Source: Minisyncoccota bacterium (GTDB lineage: Bacteria > Patescibacteriota > Minisyncoccia > Phycocordibacterales > Phycocordibacteraceae). Taken from it: a stretch of 64,000 nt of DNA. Made by a program: the position numbers and the translations under genes. The notes under the pieces are model-generated. The model did not search any database and was not told the DNA's origin. It saw nothing but the letters and a program-made list of their open reading frames with translations. Below are positions 63,823 to 64,000 of the stretch, piece after piece (positions within the stretch are counted from its first letter, which is position 1; every line of letters starts with the position of its first letter). The stretch is from positions 5,529-69,528 of the forward strand of contig JALHQL010000001.1 of the NCBI GenBank assembly GCA_022841985.1, written 5' to 3'.

Positions 63823-64000
63823 ACATGTCCAAGCGATTACTGATCGTCGAATCGCCGACCAAGGCGCGTACTATTGGAAATTATTTAGGCAAGGACTACG
63901 TCGTCCTTGCTTCGGTCGGACACGTCCGCGACTTGCCGAAGAGTAACAAAGACGCAGTCGACATCGAGGGTGGCTTTATGCCGCGCTATGTCATTCCTAC
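63823..64000 (+). CDS. topA: DNA topoisomerase I, N-terminal fragment (continues beyond the window)
   Basis: [42 protein letters not shown] is the TOPRIM N-terminus of bacterial Topo I. Confidence 0.8.

Noticed and set aside
1-64000. CRISPR arrays, integrases/transposases, prophage genes, rRNA genes
   Set aside because: I looked for regularly spaced direct repeats, recombinase motifs (R-H-R-Y, DDE, serine recombinase) and rRNA signatures and found none. The only repeats are the 36-nt pair, the GCTTTTCG triplet and the palindromes described above.

Overview
This 64 kb window reads as a densely packed chromosomal segment of a small-genome bacterium. It is mostly housekeeping genes on both strands, with an accessory copper/metal-homeostasis operon and a few uncharacterised loci.

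Several traits are common in Patescibacteria/CPR-like genomes, though that assignment is inference only: short proteins, class I LysRS, a split transketolase, a class I FBP aldolase, and tRNA genes without encoded CCA.

RNA genes and tRNAs. Conserved motifs identify an RNase P RNA (about 3785-4148) and a tmRNA (27124-27527) sitting right after smpB. Five tRNAs are present: Ser-GGA, Ile-UAU, Thr-UGU, Arg-CCU and Gly-CCC.

Protein-coding genes called from motifs:
- MurJ (partial at the window edge) and an O-antigen-ligase-like TPR membrane protein.
- A class II RNR (NrdJ).
- A contiguous minus-strand operon: csoR, CPH-type P1B ATPase, BNR/Asp-box propeller, Met-rich multicopper oxidase, FAD oxidoreductase, NUDIX and DUF192. 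A perfect CsoR-like operator palindrome lies at its promoter.
- A P2-type cation ATPase and a DUF1428 protein.
- htpX/lemA, malic enzyme, recG, ftsH, pyrE, typA, rnhB, dnaE, lysK (class I), greA and ppdK.
- mrdA-mreD-mreC-mreB-proS.
- tsf, rpsB, prfA and a Cys-less L31.
- A secreted coiled-coil protein with a lytic-transglycosylase domain.
- rplY, then a central-carbon cluster of fba (class I), a PfkB kinase, split tkt, rpe, rpiB and gap.
- An NrdH-like redoxin, ftsB-like, dus, ftsQ, serS, dprA, GIY-YIG nuclease, EEP nuclease and the start of topA.

Loci I consider most worth a second look:
1. The copper operon and its operator/sensor variant.
2. A decayed tRNA 3' half sitting directly beside tRNA-Ser, which itself has an 11-bp flanking stem; this may be an integration-site remnant.
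3. Two uncharacterised monocistronic genes (57435-58662), each preceded by the same 36-nt element (81% identical).
4. A 420-nt palindrome-rich intergenic region upstream of rpmE that contains a strongly RBS-led 35-codon ORF built on a tandem DNA repeat.
5. A tRNA-Ile with a UAU anticodon.

No CRISPR array, integrase, transposase or rRNA gene was recognised.
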